Shown here piece after piece: positions 19,024-26,950 of a stretch of DNA of 64,000 nucleotides. The position numbers and the translations under genes were made by a program. A model generated the notes under the pieces. That model was not told where the DNA came from and did no database searches. It saw only the letters and a list, made by a program, of their open reading frames with translations. Numbering within the stretch: position 1 is the stretch's first letter; each line of letters begins with the position of its first letter. Origin of the DNA: Clostridia bacterium (lineage in GTDB: Bacteria; Bacillota; Clostridia; Christensenellales; UBA1242); NCBI GenBank assembly GCA_017623705.1, contig JAGAOQ010000018.1, forward strand, positions 949 to 64,948, in the 5' to 3' direction.

Positions 19024-19899
19024 TCAATTTTGAACAACTTTTTTTAATTGACGGTGGCCTTTAATCATCATAAAAAGTGCCATGGCAATCGCAAAGATAA
19101 TCACAACTGCTCCCGTGATTGCCAGCAAAATTTGGCGGAATAGCGGACTTTCCGTTGTTCCAAACGTAGTTAGCATGGTAGTTTCTAACGTGAGCATGGA
19201 CACACAAGCGGAAATCAAAGTGATAATTTTCGCACTCGAATAAACGGGACTTTGGTATTTGCGATAGCGGATTAAATTGATGATGGCAAAAGTAAAGGTA
19301 ACAAACGTATAAGTAGCCATGGCGATGGTCGTAATCATGTGGTGTTGGAAAGTTGCGTCCCAATAGACAATTAAGAACACCATCACTGCCAGTGTCAAAT
19401 TCATTAACAACAGCAACCACCCGCTAGCGATATATTTTTTAATTTCGACTGCCGTAACTTCATTAGCTTGATATTTGCGAGTATATTTGAGCAAGAAAAA
19501 TCGCATTAAACCTAACAAGATGTAGTAGCCCGCCAACGTGTAAAACCAAAACGAACGGTAAAAAATTCCCAAACCGAATTGCAAAATACCAAACGCCAAA
19601 TTCCAAACCAGTGAACCATACAGCGAAGCATTCATTCGCAAACGCACATCACTCGACCAACGTTGCAAAAATTGATTTGATTGCTTAAAATTACGCCAAA
19701 ACTTAACCAGCCGTGGCAGGCGGAAACACAGCACCAATAATTCGTAAAACGACAACAAGTAAGCCACTATCGCCCAAACCGATGCTGGACTTAAAAAAAC
19801 CAACGCCAACACCAAAGCCACAACCGAAATCGGCAGTAACAAAATCATTACTGCCCAGTGTGGATATAACAAAGCTAACCCAAATTTTTTCCAACTCAT
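19024..19899 (-). CDS. Hypothetical polytopic membrane protein (291 aa, about 8 TM)
   Basis: Highly hydrophobic ORF on the same strand as the ABC genes, immediately downstream of them. Confidence 0.6.
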   Translation of the reverse strand: MSWKKFGLALLYPHWAVMILLLPISVVALVLALVFLSPASVWAIVAYLLSFYELLVLCFRLPRLVKFWRNFKQSNQFLQRWSSDVRLRMNASLYGSLVWNLAFGILQFGLGIFYRSFWFYTLAGYYILLGLMRFFLLKYTRKYQANEVTAVEIKKYIASGWLLLLMNLTLAVMVFLIVYWDATFQHHMITTIAMATYTFVTFTFAIINLIRYRKYQSPVYSSAKIITLISACVSMLTLETTMLTTFGTTESPLFRQILLAITGAVVIIFAIAMALFMMIKGHRQLKKVVQN

Positions 19900-19933
19900 T
19901 GCAACACCAATTCCAGTTTACGCCATACTTGAA

Positions 19934-20707
19934 TTAAACTAAACTGGTTTTTGCTAAAATTACTTTGCTACCAAAACCAATGCCAAAACTAAACAATACA
20001 CCACCAACCGCACTCAATAAAACATGCATCAACCCCGCATTCAAAGGCGTAACCAACGGAATCATCATAAACATCAACATACCAATCCCCATTGACAACA
20101 ATAAAGACAACCACAGCTTTTGTTTGGCAATCACGCTCGCCAAAATGTAAATTGCCACAAAGATAGCAACTAACGCAATTTTAGCCAACAAACACAAGCA
20201 AATATTGCCCGCCGTTACACCGTCCAAAGTAAATGGTAAACCTGCAATCGCCCCGCCAAACATCGCACCAACGAAGAAAGCCACCAACATGCTTGCCCCA
20301 GCAAAGAAACAAGCAATCGTTTTTGAAAGTACATAATCGCCTTTTTTTGCACGCACCGTGAACAAGTTTTTCACATAACCACTGCGGAAATCATCACCCA
20401 CGAAAAGACAAACAAATACCGACATAACAAAGAACAACAGATTGATATTGCACATGCTGGTAAGACCCATACTCATGCTTTGCGAGTTACCACTCACCGA
20501 GCCGATAATTTGCCACACGTTATCAAAACCTTCCATTACTGTTTCAACACCAGTTTGCGGGTCAACTGTTACCGTACCGTCCATCATCGTCGTCATCACC
20601 AAAATTAAGACGGGCATGACCAAACTAATTCCCACCATGATGTAGTACAACGGCGAAGTCATCATGCGACGAAAATCAACGCCTAACATACTGCTCAACT
20701 TTTTCAT
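19934..20707 (-). CDS. ABC-2 type permease (copy 2)
   Basis: 6-TM profile. Paralogous to 21623-22417, with a shared G.DF/Y(R/K)SGYVK(N/Q)LFT motif. Abuts its ATPase gene. Confidence 0.75.
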   Translation of the reverse strand: MKKLSSMLGVDFRRMMTSPLYYIMVGISLVMPVLILVMTTMMDGTVTVDPQTGVETVMEGFDNVWQIIGSVSGNSQSMSMGLTSMCNINLLFFVMSVFVCLFVGDDFRSGYVKNLFTVRAKKGDYVLSKTIACFFAGASMLVAFFVGAMFGGAIAGLPFTLDGVTAGNICLCLLAKIALVAIFVAIYILASVIAKQKLWLSLLLSMGIGMLMFMMIPLVTPLNAGLMHVLLSAVGGVLFSFGIGFGSKVILAKTSLV

Positions 20708-21613
20708 CTATTTACCCTCCTTACGTGCCATCAAGTTAATGTAATATTCTTCCAACCCAATTTTGTCAGTTTTTAATGCCGTAACAATAATCCCTTGTGC
20801 GTATAAATACTTAACCACACTTTCCGCACTTTCAGCATCGTAAACCCGCAAAAACTCTTGCTGTTCATCGGTTAAGACTTGCTTGTATTGCTTTTCCAAA
20901 ACCGTTTTCGTGGTGGCCAAATCTTTGGTTTGCAACGCAACAAATGTCGGGCAACTGCGTTCCAATTCATCGGCAGTCATTTCGACCACCATTTTACCAT
21001 GTCGCATAATACCGTAATGTGTTGCTACTTTTTCCAGTTCGCCCAAGATGTGTGACGAAATTAAAACCGTCGTACCTTTGCGGGCAACATCGACCAAAAT
21101 TTCTCGCATGATTCGCATGCCGTCCGCATCTAAACCGTTAATCGGTTCGTCCAAAACCAGCAACTTCGGTTGCCCTAACAAAGCCATGGCAATCCCAACC
21201 CGTTGCTTCATACCAAGTGAACAATTTTTGTATTTGTTCCCCGCCGCTCCTTCCATACGCACCAAAGTCAAGACTTCACGCACAGCATCAGCTTTGTTTG
21301 GCAAAGACAAGTTCGTCGCTTGAATCATCAAGTTGTTCCACACCGTTAAAGCGGGAAAACACCCGGGACTTTCAATCAGCACCCCAATGCTTGACCTTAC
21401 TGCGGCGTCCGTGTAGTCTTTGCCGAATAGCTTGATTGAACCACTTGTCGGGTGAATTAAGCCACAAATAATTTTTTCGGTTGTTGATTTCCCGCAACCG
21501 TTTTCCCCGATAAAGCCATAAATTGCTCCCACCGGAACAGTCATTTGCAACCCAGCCAACGCTTGTTTTTCGCCGTAATTTTTTGTTAAGTTACTAATTT
21601 CAATCGCATTCAT
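20708..21613 (-). CDS. ABC transporter ATP-binding protein (copy 2)
   Basis: GENGCGKSTT Walker A, CSLGMKQRVGIAMAL signature, and LVLDEP Walker B. Confidence 0.9.
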   Translation of the reverse strand: MNAIEISNLTKNYGEKQALAGLQMTVPVGAIYGFIGENGCGKSTTEKIICGLIHPTSGSIKLFGKDYTDAAVRSSIGVLIESPGCFPALTVWNNLMIQATNLSLPNKADAVREVLTLVRMEGAAGNKYKNCSLGMKQRVGIAMALLGQPKLLVLDEPINGLDADGMRIMREILVDVARKGTTVLISSHILGELEKVATHYGIMRHGKMVVEMTADELERSCPTFVALQTKDLATTKTVLEKQYKQVLTDEQQEFLRVYDAESAESVVKYLYAQGIIVTALKTDKIGLEEYYINLMARKEGK

Positions 21614-21622
21614 CTTGCTCTC

Positions 21623-22417
21623 CTAATACACATCACTTTTGTTCAGGATATATGTTCCCACTAAATTATAAATCACAGTCCAAACTGCCGAACACAAGCC
21701 ACAAACCACCACCGACAACAAGTTACTGGATAAGCACGCATACACGGACGAACCGTACAAGAAAAGATTTAAGACGGCAGAATTACCCACTAACCCAGCC
21801 ACACCAATGATTAAAATTCCCGTCCCAAAGAAAAACGACAACATAATCGAAATCCAAAAATGTTTGCGGAAAATAATATTGATTAGCACGTACAAACTCG
21901 CCCAGCCAAAACTCATGAGCAATTTACCCAGCAAAGCACAAACCAATGACCCAAAGTTCACACTAAACGATAAACCAACCAGCAAACCAGCCAACACTGT
22001 CCCCAATAAATAAGTTAGACACATGGTTGCCATGGCGAACGCACAAGTAATGGTTTTGCTCATCACGTAGTCTTGTTTTTTGGCGTGCGTCGTAAACAAC
22101 TGTTTAACGTAACCGCTCTTGTAGTCATGACCGATAAAAATGGAAACCATAATTCCGCCAAAAATAAAAACCATGTTCATGTTAGCGTACTGCCCAATCG
22201 TTTCAATCACGTATAACGGATTTGCAACGGCAATCGCTTCCCAGACGTTAGTAAACAACGGAGCGGTTTGACTGCCTTCCATACCCGTTGTCCCGATAAT
22301 CATGGCAGGAATAATCGCTGCAATCGCCAAAAAGATGTACCACAACGGCGTATGCAACAAGCGATAAAAATCAACCGCTAACATACCTTTCAAACGTTGA
22401 AAACTTTTGTTCCCCAT
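21623..22417 (-). CDS. ABC-2 type permease (copy 1)
   Basis: 6-TM profile. Paralogue of 19934-20707. Confidence 0.75.
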   Translation of the reverse strand: MGNKSFQRLKGMLAVDFYRLLHTPLWYIFLAIAAIIPAMIIGTTGMEGSQTAPLFTNVWEAIAVANPLYVIETIGQYANMNMVFIFGGIMVSIFIGHDYKSGYVKQLFTTHAKKQDYVMSKTITCAFAMATMCLTYLLGTVLAGLLVGLSFSVNFGSLVCALLGKLLMSFGWASLYVLINIIFRKHFWISIMLSFFFGTGILIIGVAGLVGNSAVLNLFLYGSSVYACLSSNLLSVVVCGLCSAVWTVIYNLVGTYILNKSDVY

Positions 22418-22418
22418 C

Positions 22419-23321
22419 TCACTGCCCCTCCTTTTGCGTCATGACTTCCAAATAGTATTCTTCTAAGCCAACTTTGTTTTGCTTAATTTCACTCGGCACA
22501 ATGTGATTGTCCAGTAAGTATTTGGTTACCGCTTCCACGTCTGCCACATCATAGACCCGCACATAACCTTGTTCACAACGCACATTTGCGTACTGCTTGC
22601 GTAAAAGTTCACAAGCTTTTTCTGCCTCAGCGACTTTGTACGCAATGAAAATTCTTGCTCGGGCGTCCATTGCTTGTGCAGTAATTTCTTGCACCATACA
22701 CCCCTGCCGAATAATGCCATAGTGCGTCGCAATTTTTTCTAACTCGCCCAAGATGTGCGACGAAATCAGTACGGTACAGTGATAATTTTGCGTAATGTCG
22801 ACCAAAATTTCTCGCATCATTTTCATGCCGTCCGTATCCAGTCCGTTAATCGGTTCGTCCAAAATCAACAAAGCCGGACTGCCCAACAAAGCCATGGCAA
22901 TGCCGACCCGTTGTTTCATACCGAGTGAACACTTCTTAAATTTTAATTGAGCATGTTCCTGCATTTTTACAATGCGTAACACACGTTCGATTTCAGCATC
23001 AATATCGGTAATCCCCAAATTCAAGGCCTGCATTTTCAAATTCGTGTAGATACTTGAATTAGGAAAACAGCCCGCATTTTCAATTAAAGCCCCTACTTTC
23101 ATGCGTAAATCGGCGTCAGTATAATCTTTGCCGAACAATTTAATACTGCCCCCGTCCTTAACCAAATGACCGCAAATAAGTTTTTCCGTCGTCGACTTCC
23201 CGCTACCATTTTCTCCAATGAAGCCGTAAATTGCCCCCATCGGGACAGTCATGTTTAAGCCGTTCAAAGCGTGCATACCACGGAAAGATTTTTTCAAATC
23301 CCTAATTTCGATTGCGTTCAC
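22419..23321 (-). CDS. ABC transporter ATP-binding protein (copy 1)
   Basis: GTG start with a GGGGG SD. GENGSGKSTT, CSLGMKQRVGIAMAL and LILDEP motifs. The N-terminus is closely similar to copy 2. Confidence 0.9.
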   Translation of the reverse strand: MNAIEIRDLKKSFRGMHALNGLNMTVPMGAIYGFIGENGSGKSTTEKLICGHLVKDGGSIKLFGKDYTDADLRMKVGALIENAGCFPNSSIYTNLKMQALNLGITDIDAEIERVLRIVKMQEHAQLKFKKCSLGMKQRVGIAMALLGSPALLILDEPINGLDTDGMKMMREILVDITQNYHCTVLISSHILGELEKIATHYGIIRQGCMVQEITAQAMDARARIFIAYKVAEAEKACELLRKQYANVRCEQGYVRVYDVADVEAVTKYLLDNHIVPSEIKQNKVGLEEYYLEVMTQKEGQ

Positions 23322-23333
23322 GGATACCCCCTT

Positions 23334-23388
23334 TTTGATTATTCCAACACTTGACTATTTAATCAAATTATTTTACAACATAATCAAA
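23334..23388. promoter_or_regulatory. Putative TetR operator: three copies of the 8-mer TTTGATTA/TAATCAAA in the divergent promoter region
   Basis: TTTGATTA at 23334-23341, and TAATCAAA at 23360-23367 and 23381-23388. The first two form an inverted repeat separated by 18 nt. A candidate tetR promoter is TTGACT (23351-23356), N17, TACAAC. Confidence 0.4.
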
Positions 23389-23442
23389 AAAAGACCCGCA
23401 ACAAAAAACCAGTTTTTGTCGGGATAATCACAGGAGTTACTC

Positions 23443-23982
23443 ATGAACACAAAAAACAATTCACGCTACAAAACCAGCAGTCAAAAAATTGAAGACGCTT
23501 TCCTTTCTTTAATCCACAAACACAAATACGAGAGCATTACCATCTGCCAAATTTGCGAACAAGCCCACATCAACCGCAGTACCTTTTATACGCACTACGA
23601 CGACATCAACGACTTAATCATCAAAATTGAAAGCAACTTTGCGAATTGTATGGCAAAAATTTTCCACTACGGAACTCGTCAAACGCACGAAGCTTTTATC
23701 GAAATGTTTACTTTTATTCGTAATCATCAAGCATTTTACAAAGCATTTTTGAACATACCGTATGCCACGCTCGCCGAGTCGAACACCAAAACTGCCGTGC
23801 TGTCCAACATCGAAAATCTTAAAACCAATGACTTATCGGGTTTTGCCTTGTACTACCGAGCTAGTTTCTTCGGTGCAGGTATTAAAGAAATGTGTCGTTT
23901 ATGGCTAGCGAGAAATTGCCAAGAAACACCCGAGCAAATGGCAACGTTATTATTGGCAGAATATGCTCACCGTGAACGCTAA
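23443..23982 (+). CDS. TetR/AcrR family transcriptional regulator
   Basis: N-terminal HTH SITICQICEQAHINRSTFYTHYDDINDL. Transcribed divergently from the ABC operon. A CAGGAG SD is present. Confidence 0.85.
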   Translation: MNTKNNSRYKTSSQKIEDAFLSLIHKHKYESITICQICEQAHINRSTFYTHYDDINDLIIKIESNFANCMAKIFHYGTRQTHEAFIEMFTFIRNHQAFYKAFLNIPYATLAESNTKTAVLSNIENLKTNDLSGFALYYRASFFGAGIKEMCRLWLARNCQETPEQMATLLLAEYAHRER

Positions 23983-23984
23983 TT

Positions 23985-24923
23985 TTAGATTAAACCTAAT
24001 TGAATATCACGTTCAATTGCTTTGCTTTCGTTGACAACGTTGGCAACAGTTTCCGCCGCTTTGTACAACAAGCATTCAAATTCAAAAGCTATGGCGTCCG
24101 TATCAAGTTCCAACTTGTTGGCTTTTTCTGTTGTAATTAACATGTTCGGTGTCACTGTGCCTAACTTATCAATCACAGCGTGATGTTGTTGATAGTATTG
24201 ATAGTCGTTCAAATCCGACCAACGTTGGTAGAACTTACTGCCCGTACTTGTCAGCTTTTTCCAACGATTCGGTGCATTTTTCGCCAAGATACCGTCTGGA
24301 CTAACGACTGCGTTCATATTATCCATGCTGTAATTATTAAAGAAAGTTTGACGCTTCACCTTATCCCGCCACAAGTCAGCATTTGTTTCCAAACCGATTT
24401 CGGTACTGCCCCGTTCTACACCCAAAAACGTCATCGCATTTACCACCCGATCACGGAACAACTGGTCATAGTTCAAAGCGTTACGTTCGTCAGTTTTGAT
24501 AATCCCTTTGGAAAAGAAATCATCAGCTTGATAATCCAAAGTCATGTTAATGTAAGCACGGACAAGATTTTGTTCGTAGTAGCTACGGACAGCATCAAAC
24601 TTTGGCGATTCTTCGACGTACTTTTTGATGTAGCTCAAAGTTACACCGACATGAGCCCGTTGCGAACTAAACTTTTTCAAAGCTTGTGTTTGGTTAAAAA
24701 CTTGTTCTAAATAATTTGCCAGCCAAAAAGTATCCCGAGTATGGAACGGCAAAAAGTTTTTCTTGTAGTAATTGACATTTTTTTGTACTGGCGTAAGATT
24801 TTTCAAATTAGCATTGATATATTCTTGATTCGGGAAAAGACCATACAAACAATCGTCCAACAATTTGTTGACACGTAAATGTTCTTGATGAAAAGTATTC
24901 GGCACAACTTGATTGAGTTTCAT
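23985..24923 (-). CDS. Uncharacterised cytoplasmic protein, tandem paralogue 1
   Basis: Shares the motifs LPFHTRD.WL, SPKFDA.R, NYD.LFRDRVV.AM, NADLWR and DL.DY.YY..H with the next two ORFs. No signal peptide or TM segment. Confidence 0.7.
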   Translation of the reverse strand: MKLNQVVPNTFHQEHLRVNKLLDDCLYGLFPNQEYINANLKNLTPVQKNVNYYKKNFLPFHTRDTFWLANYLEQVFNQTQALKKFSSQRAHVGVTLSYIKKYVEESPKFDAVRSYYEQNLVRAYINMTLDYQADDFFSKGIIKTDERNALNYDQLFRDRVVNAMTFLGVERGSTEIGLETNADLWRDKVKRQTFFNNYSMDNMNAVVSPDGILAKNAPNRWKKLTSTGSKFYQRWSDLNDYQYYQQHHAVIDKLGTVTPNMLITTEKANKLELDTDAIAFEFECLLYKAAETVANVVNESKAIERDIQLGLI

Positions 24924-24931
24924 AAGCATCT

Positions 24932-24960
24932 ATTATAAGCTAGTAATTTGGTAAAGTCAA
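24932..24960 (-). promoter_or_regulatory. Consensus sigma-70-type promoter for paralogue 1 (predicted leaderless)
   Basis: On the minus strand: TTGACT (24960-24955), N17, TATAAT (24937-24932), N8, ATG 24923. No SD. Confidence 0.6.
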
Positions 24961-24973
24961 GGCGAGTAACGAC

Positions 24974-25894
24974 TTAATTTTGCGTACGCCCTTGCTCTTG
25001 ATTGTTCAACAACAATAATTGATTATTGCACGTCGCATCAATGTATTCGTAAGTTTTACGTTGCAATTTGCAGTTCAAATCCAAAGCTTTGCCCGCCGAA
25101 ATTTTCATGTTTTCCGTAGCTGTTCCCACCGCATCAATCACAGGACGATGATTTTGATAATACTTGTACTCATAATCCTGCATCCACAAATTTAACAAAT
25201 CAAATTCTTTGTTCACAAAATCTTCCCACGCATAAGGGTCTTGACGGGATAAAGCAATCCGTTCTTCCTTATTCAAAAGACTCGGGTGCGAAGTTTCCAA
25301 CTGGTTAAAAAACGTTTTGCGTAAAACTTGTCTAAACCATAAGTCCCGATTCTTTTCCAAAAACATTTCCGCATCTAAGGATCTCATACCCAACATTTTC
25401 ATTGACTTAATGACATCATTGCGGAAAAGAACGTCGAAGTTTTCATTATTTTCCCGAGCATTGATTTTTTCTTGACTCGGCAAAACCAAACTGTTTGGTT
25501 GCGGTTCGTTCAACCAGTCGTTGATAAACCCTTTCATGATGTTGCCTTCGTATTCACAACGTAAAGCATCAAATTTCGGCGAAGTTTTCACATAATCAAG
25601 CACGTCATCGAACTCAATTTTGTCGACACGGCGATTGCGACGATGTTTCGCAACTTCCTTCACGTAGCAAGCCAACCAGTTATCATCACGAGTATGGAAC
25701 GGCAAAAAACTTGCATTGTAAACGAAGTCGAGTTGCTTATCATTCAAAGAAATCCAGTTCAAACTTTCCATGGCAAAATCTTCGCTCGGGAAAAATTTAG
25801 CAATTTCATGATCCAAAACGAACTTATTTTTTTCTTCGTGCAAACGACAGCTTAATTGTTTAATGTTACTCGCCAAAAATTTTCTTAACTTCAT
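24974..25894 (-). CDS. Uncharacterised cytoplasmic protein, tandem paralogue 2
   Basis: Same motif set (FLPFHTRDDNWLA, SPKFDALR, NFDVLFRNDV, NRDLWF, QDYEYKYYQNH). Lies 15 nt downstream of paralogue 3. Confidence 0.7.
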   Translation of the reverse strand: MKLRKFLASNIKQLSCRLHEEKNKFVLDHEIAKFFPSEDFAMESLNWISLNDKQLDFVYNASFLPFHTRDDNWLACYVKEVAKHRRNRRVDKIEFDDVLDYVKTSPKFDALRCEYEGNIMKGFINDWLNEPQPNSLVLPSQEKINARENNENFDVLFRNDVIKSMKMLGMRSLDAEMFLEKNRDLWFRQVLRKTFFNQLETSHPSLLNKEERIALSRQDPYAWEDFVNKEFDLLNLWMQDYEYKYYQNHRPVIDAVGTATENMKISAGKALDLNCKLQRKTYEYIDATCNNQLLLLNNQEQGRTQN

Positions 25895-25909
25895 GAGTAC
25901 CGATCCTAC

Positions 25910-26881
25910 TTATCTTTCAATTCCAGCATCTAGTGTGTGTGGAGCAATGACAGTTTTATTTTCAAACAAATCACGGTTATTAGCGTGTAATTCAGGCAAA
26001 GCAACTTTGTACCATTCGCCCAAACCAGCCAACTCAATATTTTTCATCATCGCAGTGTAAGAAGACATTTTCATGGCATGGTTAACTTTACCATATTTTT
26101 TTACAGCGTTGCCATGAGCTTTGAAATATTCGTAATCACGCAAATCAGTCCACGTTTTCTTTAACATGTTTTCATTCTTTTCAAATTCACGCCATTCAAC
26201 TGGGTGCACATCGTTCATAATCTTACGTTCATTTTCGTTGGTTAATAAACCGCTAAAATTGTAAGCATTTGCGAAACTAATCGCACGGGTTTGTGGACGC
26301 CACAAGTCAGCATTGATTTCCAAACTTGCTTCAACGACATCTTGATTCAAGTTCAAAACGCCCATTGCTTTCACAACACGATCACGGAATAACACATCAT
26401 AGTTGTTGTCATAACGTTCACTTGCTTTGGTGTTCGGGCAAGCACAGAAATCACCGTTGCGAGTATCTTGTGCCAAACCGATGTAAGCTTTAATTAAATT
26501 TTGTTGGTAAGCTTGACGTTTTCCGTTAAATTTTTGTGAAGTAGCCACGTACTTGCGAGCAATATCCATACGCTTGCAAATTGCTTTTTCGGTGTCCAAA
26601 TCAGTACCATTAGCGTTTTGTTTGCTTAAATAGTTAGTTAAAGCTTTTTCGACATATTGAACTAACCAAGGGTTATCGTTCGTGTGGAAAGGTAAATATT
26701 TAGCAATAACTTCTTTGGCATCTTTGTCTTTGTGTAAAAGACTGCGTAAATTTTTGTCGAGTTCGCCCCCCTTGGCGAAGATCACATCAAGTAGTTGATC
26801 CAAGATGTTAAAATACTTTTTTTCATTCTTACGCAAATGAATTTGATTAAATTTTGCTGATAATTTTTGTTTTAATTTCAT
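25910..26881 (-). CDS. Uncharacterised cytoplasmic protein, tandem paralogue 3
   Basis: Same motif set (YLPFHTNDNPWL, NYDVLFRDRVVKAM, NADLWR, DLRDYEYFKAH). The start is placed at MKLKQK (26881), matching the MKL starts of the other two. Confidence 0.7.
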   Translation of the reverse strand: MKLKQKLSAKFNQIHLRKNEKKYFNILDQLLDVIFAKGGELDKNLRSLLHKDKDAKEVIAKYLPFHTNDNPWLVQYVEKALTNYLSKQNANGTDLDTEKAICKRMDIARKYVATSQKFNGKRQAYQQNLIKAYIGLAQDTRNGDFCACPNTKASERYDNNYDVLFRDRVVKAMGVLNLNQDVVEASLEINADLWRPQTRAISFANAYNFSGLLTNENERKIMNDVHPVEWREFEKNENMLKKTWTDLRDYEYFKAHGNAVKKYGKVNHAMKMSSYTAMMKNIELAGLGEWYKVALPELHANNRDLFENKTVIAPHTLDAGIER

Positions 26882-26887
26882 GCCCAT

Positions 26888-26916
26888 ATTATAAGATGCC
26901 CCCACCGCAAAGTCAA
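26888..26916 (-). promoter_or_regulatory. Consensus sigma-70-type promoter for paralogues 3 and 2 (predicted leaderless)
   Basis: On the minus strand: TTGACT (26916-26911), N17, TATAAT (26893-26888), N6, ATG 26881. Confidence 0.65.
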
Positions 26917-26950
26917 TACAGCCAACCAAAAATTTTCAACAATTTTTTCC

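Noticed and set aside
24180-24710. 176-aa plus-strand ORF antisense to paralogue 1.
   Set aside because: The minus-strand frame carries the motif set conserved across all three paralogues. The plus-strand frame has no paralogous counterpart in the other two genes.
26882-26929. 16-codon N-terminal extension of paralogue 3 (MVGCIDFAVGASYNMG), and the overlapping 96-aa ORF at 26878-27168.
   Set aside because: The extension would contain the TTGACT-N17-TATAAT promoter itself, and the other two paralogues start at the aligned MKL. The 96-aa ORF is out of frame within the 3' end of the repeat-protein gene.
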